Part shown: positions 20,366 through 29,950 of the stretch, one piece after another
How positions within the stretch are numbered: position 1 is the stretch's first letter
Layout of the letters: each line of letters opens with the position of its first letter
Origin: an uncultured Gammaproteobacteria bacterium
GTDB lineage: Bacteria; Patescibacteriota; Microgenomatia; Levybacterales; UBA12049
DNA length: 64,000 bases
Reading direction: 5' to 3'
NCBI GenBank assembly: GCA_964533055.1
Contig: CAZHKZ010000003.1
Location: 2,483 to 66,482 of the forward strand
Notes under the pieces: model-generated
The model's input: the letters and a program-made list of their open reading frames with translations, nothing else
Told to the model about the DNA's origin: nothing
Databases searched by the model: none
Translations under genes and position numbers: made by a program

Positions 20366-20983
20366 TTATGGCATATAGAATACTTTTGCCTGAAGGTATA
20401 GCCTGTATCCGTTAAGTTCTGTTGGGACCTGGAGAGAAATATTTTTGAAGGTTAGTAGGCGATCAAAATTAGTGATCTCAGTATAGAAATTGATCAGGTT
20501 GTCATATTCTCCCTGGGCCCCGATGATCATGTTAAATTGTGCCAGTTCGCCAACAGTAGCGGGCTGACTTAATGGGATGTTTGTGATCTGGAGCTGACTT
20601 AAGAAAACATTGTTGTCATTTGCGATTGTCCTCACTTTTGCAATAAGACTTGGCCCACTTGGCTCATTTGGAATTGCGGCATTTATATATTTCAGGTCTG
20701 ATGTAATTTGTGAATATTGACTTGAGAGATTGCTAAGGGAGGTGATCTTGACAGCAAGCTTGTCATGGACGAACTTGCTATCATCAAGTCTTTTTTGTAG
20801 CTCAAATATTGTGGTAAGTGTGGGCATGATCGCAAAAATAGCAAAGAAGATGAACGCAAAGAGTGACAAAATTATCGTTGCATAGTTCTGTGCTTTTTCC
20901 TCGCGAAGATTGATTTTTGAGCGAACTAGCTCGAGATATTTTTGTTTTGATAAATTAGTAAAGAATTCTTTTGATACTTTCAT
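20366..20983 (-). CDS. type IV pilus assembly PilO-like protein
   Basis: Short cytoplasmic N-terminus, one TM (ATIILSLFAFIFFAIFAIMP), a coiled-coil segment, then a C-terminal domain. Start set at the internal Met (20981-20983) lying 4 nt after the PilN stop (TAATATG). Confidence 0.45.
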   Translation of the reverse strand: MKVSKEFFTNLSKQKYLELVRSKINLREEKAQNYATIILSLFAFIFFAIFAIMPTLTTIFELQKRLDDSKFVHDKLAVKITSLSNLSSQYSQITSDLKYINAAIPNEPSGPSLIAKVRTIANDNNVFLSQLQITNIPLSQPATVGELAQFNMIIGAQGEYDNLINFYTEITNFDRLLTFKNISLQVPTELNGYRLYLQAKVFYMP

Positions 20984-20984
20984 A

Positions 20985-21569
20985 TTATTTCCCTTGATTT
21001 GGCGGCAACGTCTCTTTGCCGCCTGTTTCTGGTAGAGTGATCTCTGCCGAGATCTGGGCGTCAATATCAGCAGTCTCAGTCTTGTTATCAATCCGATCGA
21101 TGCTTACTGTTGAGAGCTCTTTGAGGTTTTGAAGTGAGGTTACATATTTCTTAAGCGTCGCAACATCGGGGGCGGAAACAGTGAGCGAGATGCTCTTTTC
21201 ACCCAGTTGAATATTCGTGAACGTGATTGGGCTTTGCGTCAGTCCTGCGATTTTAGTAAAGATCTGCGGCGCAGCTTTTGACGCTTTATCTATAACCGAT
21301 GCATGGGTTAATTTGCTGATTAACACCCGGTATTTCGATTCATCTAGGGAAGATGCTTCAACGATCACACCTTGAGCTTTGATTTTGTCACTATAGTCAA
21401 CTATTTGCCTGTCTAGGTTGAATCTATAGAGGAACGCGCCAAGTGCAATTGTCTCAGTGAGAATGACTAAGAATCTGCCGCCTGTGATTGCCCATTTAAC
21501 AAATACATCAAGTGAAGTGGAATTCTGTTTTTTTATGAGATTGATTCGTAATTGAGCTTTGTTATCCAT
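20985..21569 (-). CDS. type IV pilus assembly PilN-like protein
   Basis: N-terminal LRINLIKK resembles the PilM-binding INLLP motif. One TM, periplasmic coiled-coil, then a ferredoxin-like region. 194 aa. Confidence 0.5.
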   Translation of the reverse strand: MDNKAQLRINLIKKQNSTSLDVFVKWAITGGRFLVILTETIALGAFLYRFNLDRQIVDYSDKIKAQGVIVEASSLDESKYRVLISKLTHASVIDKASKAAPQIFTKIAGLTQSPITFTNIQLGEKSISLTVSAPDVATLKKYVTSLQNLKELSTVSIDRIDNKTETADIDAQISAEITLPETGGKETLPPNQGK

Positions 21570-21702
21570 GGCAGAAGGATCGTAGTTACTTCATCCCAAA
21601 TTTAATCGGGAAACGCAAAAAAAAGCTGAAGCTTTTACCAGCCTTATTTCAGTCTAGGTATTTAGGAGAAAAATGTCAAAGAAATTCGTAGCTATTTTCA
21701 TC

Positions 21703-21731
21703 TGGAAAGAGCGAGCAGAGTGTGGTATACT
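21703..21731 (+). promoter_or_regulatory. putative extended -10 promoter for fusA (TGG-TATACT)
   Basis: TGGTATACT at 21723-21731 with a weak -35 TGGAAA 17 nt upstream, about 45 nt before the fusA ATG. Confidence 0.35.
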
Positions 21732-21776
21732 AAGTTTCGTTCGAAATCGCACAAGCGATCTTCGGATTTTTACTAT

Positions 21777-23885
21777 ATGGCTGAAAAGACACAAAAAGTT
21801 ACACTAGACAAGATCCGCAATATTGGAATTATCGCGCATATTGACGCGGGTAAGACCACTACCACTGAAAGAATTCTTTTCTACACAGGCAGAACATACA
21901 AGATTGGAGATATTGATGATGGTAATACTCAGATGGACTGGATGGAGCAGGAGAAAGAGCGAGGAATCACCATTGTTTCTGCTGCAACAACCACATTCTG
22001 GAAAGATCACAGAATCAATATTATTGATACGCCAGGCCACGTAGATTTTACTGCTGAAGTTGAACGCTCACTACGCGTACTTGATGGCGGTATTACCGTC
22101 CTTGATGCCGAAGAGGGAGTTCAATCCCAGTCAGAAACAGTGTGGAGACAGGCTGACAAGTATAAGGTTCCACGTATTTGTTTTGTCAATAAAATGGACA
22201 AGCTCGGGGCAGACTTTCTTGCAACAGTAAAGAGTATCGAGGATAGGCTTGGTGCAAATCCTGCAATTATGGTAATCCCAATTGGCGCAGAGGATACTTA
22301 TGTTGGTAACGTTGACCTTCTTTCTAGGCAGTCAATCATCTGGAATTCAGAAGAGCTTGGCGCAACATTTGAAGTTAAGGATGAAGTTCCTGAAGACTTG
22401 AAGGCAAAGGTTGAGGAATATCGCTCAAAGCTTATCGAGAAGATCTCCGAAACAGATGATGCGCTTCTAGAAAAGTACCTTGGCGGTGAGGAGCCAACCG
22501 TGGAGGAATTAAAGAAAGCTCTTCGAGCTGCAGTTATTTCCTACAAGCTCGTTCCTATTTATGCAGGCACATCGCTTCGCAATAAAGGTGTTCAGCCGCT
22601 TCTTGATGCTGTTATCGACTATCTTCCATCCCCAGTTGATCTTAAAGAGGTAAAGGGAATTAATCCAAAGACAGAAGCTGAGGAGATTCGCCAACTCGTT
22701 CCTGATGCGCCATTTAGTGGACTTGCGTTTAAGATTCAGAATGATCCTCACGTTGGTAAGCTCACATATTTCCGTGTTTATTCTGGTCAGATTAATTCTG
22801 GATCATATATCTACAACAGTACAAAGGGCGTAAAAGAAAGAGTTGGAAGACTCTTAATGATGCATGCTAATGAGCGTGAAGAAATCAAAGAAGGATATGC
22901 TGGAGAAATTGTAGCTATTGTTGGGCTTAAGGATACTGGTACTGGCGATACGCTTTGTGACGAAGCAACCCCAATTGTTCTTGAAAAAATCTCATTCCCA
23001 GACCCTGTTATTTCTCTTGCGATTGAGCCTCAGACAAAGTCAGATCAGGAAAAACTTGGCTATGCGCTTAAGCGTCTAACTGAAGAGGATCCAACATTCT
23101 CAGTTAAGTCCAACCCAGAAACAGGTCAGACAATCATTTCAGGTATTGGCGAGCTTCAGCTCGAAGTTATGGTTGATCGTATGAAGAGAGAGTTTAATGT
23201 GATTGCAAATGTTGGTGCTCCACAGGTTGCGTACAAAGAATCTTTTGCAAATACAGTTCAGGCAGAAGGTAAATACATTAAGCAGTCCGGAGGACGTGGA
23301 CAGTTCGGACACTGCTGGCTTCGTGTTGAGCCAAAGGCAAGGGGCGAGGGCAATGAGTTTGTGAGCGAGATCAAGGGTGGAGCTATTCCAGCTGAGTTCG
23401 TTCGCGCAGTTGAGAAGGGTGTTTGGGAGACGCTTGAAAATGGAGTTCTTCTTGGATATCCAGTAGTTGACGTTAAAGTTGCCTGTTATGACGGTTCATA
23501 TCATGATGTCGATTCATCTGAGGTAGCATTTAAGATCGCAGCATCACAGGCATTGCAAGCTGCATCAAAGATGACAGAGATGAATCTCCTTGAACCTATC
23601 ATGAAGGTCGAGGTTACAACTCCATCTGAATTCATGGGAGATGTAATGGGAGATCTTTCAAGTAAGAGAGGTCAGATCTTGGGAACTGAGGAGCGATCAA
23701 GAGCTACTATCATTAACGCGCTTGTGCCACTTTCTGAATTATCTGGATATGCAACACAGATCAGATCTATGTCCCAAGGTCGTGCGAGTTACTACATGGA
23801 ACCAAGTCACTATGATGTTGTGCCACGAAATCTCGTTGAGCAAATGGTTGCAAAGTCTACCTTCACAGGTCGCGTCGAAGCATAA
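21777..23885 (+). CDS. fusA: elongation factor G
   Basis: [32 protein letters not shown]. Start trimmed to MAEKTQK at 21777. Confidence 0.95.
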   Translation: MAEKTQKVTLDKIRNIGIIAHIDAGKTTTTERILFYTGRTYKIGDIDDGNTQMDWMEQEKERGITIVSAATTTFWKDHRINIIDTPGHVDFTAEVERSLRVLDGGITVLDAEEGVQSQSETVWRQADKYKVPRICFVNKMDKLGADFLATVKSIEDRLGANPAIMVIPIGAEDTYVGNVDLLSRQSIIWNSEELGATFEVKDEVPEDLKAKVEEYRSKLIEKISETDDALLEKYLGGEEPTVEELKKALRAAVISYKLVPIYAGTSLRNKGVQPLLDAVIDYLPSPVDLKEVKGINPKTEAEEIRQLVPDAPFSGLAFKIQNDPHVGKLTYFRVYSGQINSGSYIYNSTKGVKERVGRLLMMHANEREEIKEGYAGEIVAIVGLKDTGTGDTLCDEATPIVLEKISFPDPVISLAIEPQTKSDQEKLGYALKRLTEEDPTFSVKSNPETGQTIISGIGELQLEVMVDRMKREFNVIANVGAPQVAYKESFANTVQAEGKYIKQSGGRGQFGHCWLRVEPKARGEGNEFVSEIKGGAIPAEFVRAVEKGVWETLENGVLLGYPVVDVKVACYDGSYHDVDSSEVAFKIAASQALQAASKMTEMNLLEPIMKVEVTTPSEFMGDVMGDLSSKRGQILGTEERSRATIINALVPLSELSGYATQIRSMSQGRASYYMEPSHYDVVPRNLVEQMVAKSTFTGRVEA

Positions 23886-23924
23886 AGTTGCACTTATCTC
23901 CCCCGTTCGCTACTATACTTTCTC

Positions 23925-24986
23925 ATGAAAAAGATCCGCGTTGGTATTCTTTTTGGCGGGCAGTCTGCTGAGCACGAGGTCTCTATCCGTTCGGCTAAGA
24001 ATGTCTATGATGCTCTTGATAAGTCTAAGTATGAGCCAGTTCTCATTGGCATTAGCAAAAAAGGCGAATGGCTCACCCTTCCTACCACATATTTTCTTCA
24101 AGGAGATTCAAAAGAATATGCGTTACCTGAAAAATCATCTCCTCAAACACCTCTTTCAGTAGATATTGTTTATAAGCAAAATATTGATGTTGTTTTCCCA
24201 GTCTTGCATGGGCCGATGGGTGAGGATGGGACCGTACAGGGAATGCTCAAACTCCTAGGCATTCCATTTGTAGGTCCAGGAGTGTTGAGCTCGGCCGTTA
24301 GCATGGATAAAGATGTAGCAAAAAGATTGCTGCGTGATGCGGGAATCCCAATCGTTCCTTTCCTCGTATTTCGATACTTAGAAAAGGGAAAGATCTCATT
24401 TGAGGCAATAAAAAAGGGGCTAGGTCTTCCCTTTTTCGTAAAGCCTGCCAATCTAGGCTCATCTGTTGGAGTATACAAGGTTCACTCAGAAAATGAATTT
24501 GATAATGCTATCAAAGATGCTTTTGCATATGATCAAAAAATCTTAATTGAAAAAGGAATAAATGCACGTGAAATTGAATGTGGCGTGCTTGGAAATGAAG
24601 AGATGAAAGCGTCGGTACTTGGAGAGATCATTCCACACCATGAATTTTATGACTATGCTGCAAAATATCTCGATGAAGAAGGGGCAGGTCTGCAGATTCC
24701 GGCAGAACTGGCACAAGAGCATGTAAAAATGATCCAGGATTTGGCGATAAAGACATGTAGGGCATTGGGGGTTGAGGGGATGGCGAGAGTAGACTTCTTT
24801 TTAGACAGAGATACCTCGGAGGTCTATGTAAATGAGATAAATACGATCCCAGGCTTTACGAGTATAAGTATGTATCCTAAGTTGTGGCAAGAAAGTGGAG
24901 TGTCCTACCAAGAGCTGGTTAATCAGCTGATCTCGCTTGCGATGGCTCGACAAAGTCGTGAAGATAGCCTAAGCACAACAAGATAA
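23925..24986 (+). CDS. ddl: D-alanine--D-alanine ligase
   Basis: RVGILFGGQSAEHEVS N-terminus, ATP-grasp core, C-terminal EINTIPGFT. Confidence 0.9.
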   Translation: MKKIRVGILFGGQSAEHEVSIRSAKNVYDALDKSKYEPVLIGISKKGEWLTLPTTYFLQGDSKEYALPEKSSPQTPLSVDIVYKQNIDVVFPVLHGPMGEDGTVQGMLKLLGIPFVGPGVLSSAVSMDKDVAKRLLRDAGIPIVPFLVFRYLEKGKISFEAIKKGLGLPFFVKPANLGSSVGVYKVHSENEFDNAIKDAFAYDQKILIEKGINAREIECGVLGNEEMKASVLGEIIPHHEFYDYAAKYLDEEGAGLQIPAELAQEHVKMIQDLAIKTCRALGVEGMARVDFFLDRDTSEVYVNEINTIPGFTSISMYPKLWQESGVSYQELVNQLISLAMARQSREDSLSTTR

Positions 24987-25015
24987 TTGTTCCCCTATGC
25001 TACAATTGTCGATAT

Positions 25016-26188
25016 ATGGCGCGAAAGAAAATTAGTGAATTTAAGGCAAAGAGTCTCGTGCTTTCAGCATTAAGTATCCCCTATCAAGGCATCTCTCTTC
25101 AAAAAGGTGATACCACTCCCCTCTCATCGCTTGATGAAAATAAGAAATATGTTCTCAAAGTGGATCAGGGTATTAAGAAGCGATTCAAGCTCGGTCTTGT
25201 TGCTCTTAATATCTCAAAGACTGAAATTGAGGGCGTAATGAATGACTTGGCTGAGAAAGGATATCAGTCTTTTATTCTTGAGGAGTATTTAGAGCATGAT
25301 CAAAAGGAGGAGCGATATCTTTCATTTGAGAGAACAAGGGACGGAATCACGTTTATGGCTTCAAGAAGCGGCGGTGTCACAGTTGAAGACAATATGGGCC
25401 AAATTAAAAAGTTTACTCTCCCTCATCAGACACATGATGCGGCTGAATATCTGGAGCTACCTGAGGATATTTTACGCAAGATTGTTCAATGCATGGATAG
25501 GCTTCATATCTCTTTTCTTGAAATTAACCCACTTGTTGTTAGCAATAATGACCTCACTTTTCTCGATATGGCGATTGAGGTTGATGATGCGGGAGAATTT
25601 TTCGTTGAGAAGGCTTGGGTCTCTGAGGATTTTGTAGTTGAGGCAGGTAGCAAGACAAAAGAAGAAGAGGCTATTGAGGAATTGTCATCCAAGAGTCAGG
25701 CATCATTTAGGCTCGTGGTCCTCAATCCGAATGGGTCAATATTTATGCTACTTTCTGGAGGTGGAGCGAGCATTGTGTTAGCAGATGAGGTTTATAACGT
25801 CGGTCAAGGCAAAGAGCTCGCTAATTATGGAGAGTATAGTGGCAATCCAAATGCAGAGGAGACATATCTCTATACAAAAGAGATACTAAGCCTCCTTTTA
25901 TCATCCAGTGCGAGTAATAAAAAGCTGATAATCGCAGGTGGAGTTGCTAATTTTACCGATATTCGCATTACGTTTAAAGGAGTGATCAAGGCAATTGCTG
26001 ATGTAAAAACAATGCTTTCAGAGCAGGGTGTCAAAGTCTTCGTCAGACGAGGTGGCCCATTTGAAAAAGAGGGGCTACAGATGATTGAAGACTTTCTCAA
26101 AAAAGAAAACCTCTATGGATTTGTTACTGGCCCAAATCTCCCTTTAACAGAGATAGTTGAGAAAGCGATAGGTGGTGCTCATGCTTAA
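25016..26188 (+). CDS. aclB: ATP-citrate lyase, ATP-grasp (beta/AclB-type) subunit
   Basis: Collinear with the N-terminal half of eukaryotic ACLY. Shared blocks: KISEFKAKSLVL, VLKVDQGIKKRFKLGLVALN, LEINPLVV, LLSGGGASIVLAD, ELANYGEYSGNP, IIAGGVANFTDI, FKGVIKAI, VFVRRGGP. Confidence 0.85.
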   Translation: MARKKISEFKAKSLVLSALSIPYQGISLQKGDTTPLSSLDENKKYVLKVDQGIKKRFKLGLVALNISKTEIEGVMNDLAEKGYQSFILEEYLEHDQKEERYLSFERTRDGITFMASRSGGVTVEDNMGQIKKFTLPHQTHDAAEYLELPEDILRKIVQCMDRLHISFLEINPLVVSNNDLTFLDMAIEVDDAGEFFVEKAWVSEDFVVEAGSKTKEEEAIEELSSKSQASFRLVVLNPNGSIFMLLSGGGASIVLADEVYNVGQGKELANYGEYSGNPNAEETYLYTKEILSLLLSSSASNKKLIIAGGVANFTDIRITFKGVIKAIADVKTMLSEQGVKVFVRRGGPFEKEGLQMIEDFLKKENLYGFVTGPNLPLTEIVEKAIGGAHA

Positions 26189-27983
26189 CATAGAAGAACT
26201 TCGAAAGGCAGACATTGGCATTCTTTTTATCGGAAGCCACCCAGGTATTATCCAGTCAATATTGGATTTTGACTATTTGTCCGGTAAGTCTGCTCCAAGC
26301 GTCCTTGCTGTTATCGCGACAAATAGGAAGTACGAGAAGTATTTTTTTGGTTCGAAAGAGGTGCTCATCCCCGTTTATGAATCGTGTTCTGCGATCCCAG
26401 AGTCTCGCTCAAAAGACATAACATTGTTTTACAATGTTACATCAGCAAGAAGAGTACTGACTTCTTCAAAGGATGCGTTCTTGACGATTCCGTCAATTAA
26501 GCTTGGAGTTATTTTTGCAGAAGATGTTCCAGAGGAGCACTCGCTACTTTTGCGTGACTTCATTCTTGAGAGAAAGAAGACCTTGTTGGGTCCAGCAAGC
26601 GTTGGTCTTTTATTGCCAGGAATTCTAAAGTTAGGTGCGATTGGTGGCGTTGACTATAGACAGTTGATAGCCTCACATGTCTTTGAGATGGGCGATACAG
26701 CAGTCTTTTCTGCCTCAGGAGGAATGACAAATGAGATTATTCGAATTGTATCGCTTAATCAGAAGAGGCTGAGTTTTGCTCTTTCATTTGGTGGAGATCG
26801 CTTCCCAGTTCTTACCCCGGAAGATGCATTTTTGGCAGCTGAGAATGATCCTGCTACAAAAATGATCGTTTATTTTGGTGAACTAGGAGGGACCGATGAA
26901 TATGCCCTCATTGAGCTTATGAGGGAGAAAAAAATCACAAAGCCAATTGTCTGCTATATCGGTGGAGTAGTAGCTGAACTTTTTGAGACTCCCCCACAGT
27001 TTGGACACGCAAAAGCCATGGCGCAAAAAGGAGAGGAAACAGCTCGGGCAAAAAGAGATGCACTGAGGATGGCGGGTGCGAAGGTGGCGGAGTCATTTGC
27101 TGACTTTATTGAATATATTGGCAAGGGTGAGGTTTCAAAAGATTCTGAATTTGAGTATACTAACCGTATGGACGACTTACAGGATCGCAAGCATGCGCTC
27201 ATAACAACAACAATTTCAAATGATGAACGTGGAGAAGTACAGGTGCTCGGAGAGCCTCTTCTAAACTTTGTCTCAAGTAGGCCATTTGCTTCAATTGTAA
27301 GTTCGATGTTCTTGGGTAAAAAAACAATCTCTAAAGAACTTGAAGAATTTGTAGACTTTACTCTAAGGCTTCTAGTTGAACATGGCCCATATGTTTCAGG
27401 TTCTGTTAATACAATTGTGACGGCAAGAGCAGGTCGCGATCTCGTCTCATCCCTCGCTACAGGCCTCCTGACAATCGGGCCACGCTTTGGTGGAGCCATC
27501 AATCAAGCAGCAAGTAATTGGATTGCTGGAGTAAAGGACGGGAAAGATCCCAGTGAATTTGTCGAAGAATTTGCGAGCAAGAAAGAATATATCTCAGGCA
27601 TTGGACATCGAAAGTATAGGGTCGATGCTCCAGATCCTCGTGTAGCAAAATTACTCTCATTCACAGACTCACTTACTGAGAAAAAATATAGCTCTTTTGC
27701 GAAGAGCGTTGAGAAGGTCACTGTGGCAAAAAAAGGCAATCTTATTCTCAATGTCGATGGTGCGATAGCTGCTATTCTTTTGGATATTCTTTCTGAGAAA
27801 GAAGGTATGAAGACCGAGGAGTTGGATAATCTAGTAAAGACAGAGTTTTTTAACGCCCTCTTTGTCCTTTCAAGGAGTGTTGGATTTATCTCTCACTTCT
27901 TAGATCAAAAGAGAATTGATGAAGGCCTTTTTAGACTTGATGAAGAGCATGTTACTTATGCAAAGGACCTCTTTAACGAATAG
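26172..27983 (+). CDS. aclA: ATP-citrate lyase, CoA-binding/phosphohistidine + citryl-CoA lyase (alpha/AclA-type) subunit
   Basis: LDFDYLSGKSAPSVLAV, KEVLIPVY, KPIVCYIGG, catalytic His motif QFGHAKAM. The C-terminal citrate-synthase-like domain has HGPYVSGSVNTIVTARAGRDLVSSLATGLLTIGPRFGGA, GIGHRKYR, NLILNVDG, FVLSRSVGFISHFLDQKR. 17 nt overlap with aclB. Confidence 0.85.
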   Translation: MVLMLNIEELRKADIGILFIGSHPGIIQSILDFDYLSGKSAPSVLAVIATNRKYEKYFFGSKEVLIPVYESCSAIPESRSKDITLFYNVTSARRVLTSSKDAFLTIPSIKLGVIFAEDVPEEHSLLLRDFILERKKTLLGPASVGLLLPGILKLGAIGGVDYRQLIASHVFEMGDTAVFSASGGMTNEIIRIVSLNQKRLSFALSFGGDRFPVLTPEDAFLAAENDPATKMIVYFGELGGTDEYALIELMREKKITKPIVCYIGGVVAELFETPPQFGHAKAMAQKGEETARAKRDALRMAGAKVAESFADFIEYIGKGEVSKDSEFEYTNRMDDLQDRKHALITTTISNDERGEVQVLGEPLLNFVSSRPFASIVSSMFLGKKTISKELEEFVDFTLRLLVEHGPYVSGSVNTIVTARAGRDLVSSLATGLLTIGPRFGGAINQAASNWIAGVKDGKDPSEFVEEFASKKEYISGIGHRKYRVDAPDPRVAKLLSFTDSLTEKKYSSFAKSVEKVTVAKKGNLILNVDGAIAAILLDILSEKEGMKTEELDNLVKTEFFNALFVLSRSVGFISHFLDQKRIDEGLFRLDEEHVTYAKDLFNE

Positions 27984-27986
27984 GAT

Positions 27987-28727
27987 TTGATGTTAGAAGA
28001 AAGTCTACACTCCCAAGAAGATCCTCAAAGACTCATCGATTCTTTCGTGCGTCCGATCTGGTATCACGAACTTTTGACTGATCAGACTCGGAGTCTGCGA
28101 GATCAAGCAAAAACAGGTGTAGAAGATGTACTCATGGGTAGTCATATTGGGCTCGATTCTGTGATTGCAATTCCAACAGGAGGCTCCCGTTGGACACTAG
28201 AAGGCAATGATCCGATTCATTATCAATTTCTTTTTCTAGATGACGCACCTCCATTAGATGATGTGAGGCACGCACTTACAGATAATTGGATATTGCCTCG
28301 AGATTGGGATAGTTCTGAGCGTGCAATCAGCCACTTGGAGAGATCAAATGCACTTAAAGCTCTTATGATTACTCCAGATGATTTTGTTGTAGGCAACGTA
28401 GAAAAAGCAAGAGAGCTGCGATTGAAGGCCTTGAAAAAAGGTGGTAAAGGCTGGTGGCATGATGGTGTTACAGATTACGTGGATAAGAAGGTCAATACAT
28501 GGGGGAAGCCTAAGAACGATTTAGATATGGGTAAATTGAGATTTAGGCGAGCTTTGGATCAGAGACTTGCTGGAGAGTCGTCTCCAAAAGAGTGGGAGAA
28601 GGGGTTTTTTGAGAGACTAAAGAATAGGAGAGTTCCAACATACTCGGAATACTCGCATGCGCTTGAGCAGCTCGGAGGAGCAATAGATTGTCCAGAAAAT
28701 CGCAATATTGTCGATCCTCACGTATAA
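27987..28727 (+). CDS. hypothetical soluble protein, translationally coupled to aclA
   Basis: 246 aa, no TM, no motif I recognise. Starts 4 nt after the aclA stop. Confidence 0.5.
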   Translation: MMLEESLHSQEDPQRLIDSFVRPIWYHELLTDQTRSLRDQAKTGVEDVLMGSHIGLDSVIAIPTGGSRWTLEGNDPIHYQFLFLDDAPPLDDVRHALTDNWILPRDWDSSERAISHLERSNALKALMITPDDFVVGNVEKARELRLKALKKGGKGWWHDGVTDYVDKKVNTWGKPKNDLDMGKLRFRRALDQRLAGESSPKEWEKGFFERLKNRRVPTYSEYSHALEQLGGAIDCPENRNIVDPHV

Positions 28728-28736
28728 TACGAGTGT

Positions 28737-29825
28737 ATGAGGCGTCTTCTCATTGGTATTATTCTGCTGGTCATCGCTGCGTTATCCGTCTTTCTAAGTC
28801 TTAGATTTGTTCGGTCAAAAATTGACAGCATTATGACTTCACCTTCTAGCGTGCTCTCATCTCCTACTCCAGGGGTTAAGGCTATCCCCACAACTCGCTC
28901 TGACTCATCGCTCTTTGTGCCCTACTGGACCTTGGATGAGGGAAATTTTGCTTTGGATCCGTACAAAAGCTATATCTATTTTGGTATCACATCTGGGAGT
29001 GATGGTATCAATAAACAAGAAGATGGCTACAAGAATCTGAAGACGTTCTCTAAGGCTGCATCCGGCAAGCGAACGCTTTTGGCCCTGAGGATGATTGATA
29101 ATAAGGTCACAACGCCCGTCCTTAAGGATAAGAAGAAGCAGGAGAAGATCATCAATGATGCTATTTTTGTCGCACATGAGTTTGGTTTTGACGGGATAGT
29201 TATGGATCTTGAGGTATCAGGACTTCCTTTTACCTCATTGATAGATCAAATTACATCTTTCAACAAGGATTTTTACGAAAAAGCCAAGGCAGCAAGGCTG
29301 AGTTATAGCATTACTGCGTACGGCGATACATTTTATCGGGTAAGACCATTCTCAATTGAAGAGCTTGAGAAGTCATCAGACATGATCTATGTCATGGCGT
29401 ATGATTTTCATAAAGCCAATGGTAATCCTGGTCCCAATTTCCCCCTAGCAGGGTCTGATACGTATGGATATGACTATAAGCGGATGGTGGGGAGCTTTTT
29501 GGATGCTGTTCCTGCTCACAAGCTCACTTTCATATTTGGTATGTATGGCTATGATTGGGTGATTGATGAGGGTGGTAAGGCAAAAGATGCTGGAACTGCT
29601 ATTTCTCTCAAAGAGACGAATGCATCTCTTCTTGATGACTGCAATTATACTACTTGTAAGTGGGAGAGGGAGGGTGGCTCATCTGAAATTATGATTGAAT
29701 ACTCGGACGGCGATACAAAACATATTGTTTGGACTGAGGACGAAGAATCGACTAAGCGCAAGAAGGAATATCTTCAGAAAATGGGCATAGGCTCATTTGC
29801 CTACTGGGCCTACTCGTATTTTTAG
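28737..29825 (+). CDS. membrane-anchored glycoside hydrolase family 18-like protein
   Basis: N-terminal TM. (beta/alpha)8-type motif FGFDGIVMDLE aligns to the GH18 DGxDxDWE motif with the catalytic Glu retained. MAYDFH and YWAYSY motifs. Confidence 0.6.
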   Translation: MRRLLIGIILLVIAALSVFLSLRFVRSKIDSIMTSPSSVLSSPTPGVKAIPTTRSDSSLFVPYWTLDEGNFALDPYKSYIYFGITSGSDGINKQEDGYKNLKTFSKAASGKRTLLALRMIDNKVTTPVLKDKKKQEKIINDAIFVAHEFGFDGIVMDLEVSGLPFTSLIDQITSFNKDFYEKAKAARLSYSITAYGDTFYRVRPFSIEELEKSSDMIYVMAYDFHKANGNPGPNFPLAGSDTYGYDYKRMVGSFLDAVPAHKLTFIFGMYGYDWVIDEGGKAKDAGTAISLKETNASLLDDCNYTTCKWEREGGSSEIMIEYSDGDTKHIVWTEDEESTKRKKEYLQKMGIGSFAYWAYSYF

Positions 29826-29862
29826 GCACGTTCATGCCTAGAAATAGGGGTGTTTAGGGTAT

Positions 29863-29890
29863 TGACGCTTTTTCTAGAATGTAGTATCAT
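29863..29890 (+). promoter_or_regulatory. sigma70-type promoter upstream of tuf (TTGACG-17-TATCAT)
   Basis: -35 TTGACG 29863-29868, 17 nt spacer, -10 TATCAT 29885-29890. Confidence 0.45.
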
Positions 29891-29900
29891 ACACCTAATC

Positions 29901-29930
29901 TCATTAAAACAAATGAGGTCTTTTTTTTCG
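29901..29930 (+). terminator. hairpin plus U-run in the tuf 5' leader (putative attenuator/terminator)
   Basis: CTCATT-aaaacaa-AATGAG stem-loop followed by GTCTTTTTTTT. Lies between the promoter and the tuf ATG at 29951. Confidence 0.4.
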
Positions 29931-29950
29931 GAAAAAGATACAATAAAGAT

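Noticed and set aside
26172-27983. Succinyl-CoA synthetase alpha subunit call for the 603 aa protein.
   Set aside because: About 260 extra C-terminal residues align with the citrate-synthase-like citryl-CoA lyase domain of ACLY, and the partner subunit aligns with the ACLY N-terminus and not with SucC.
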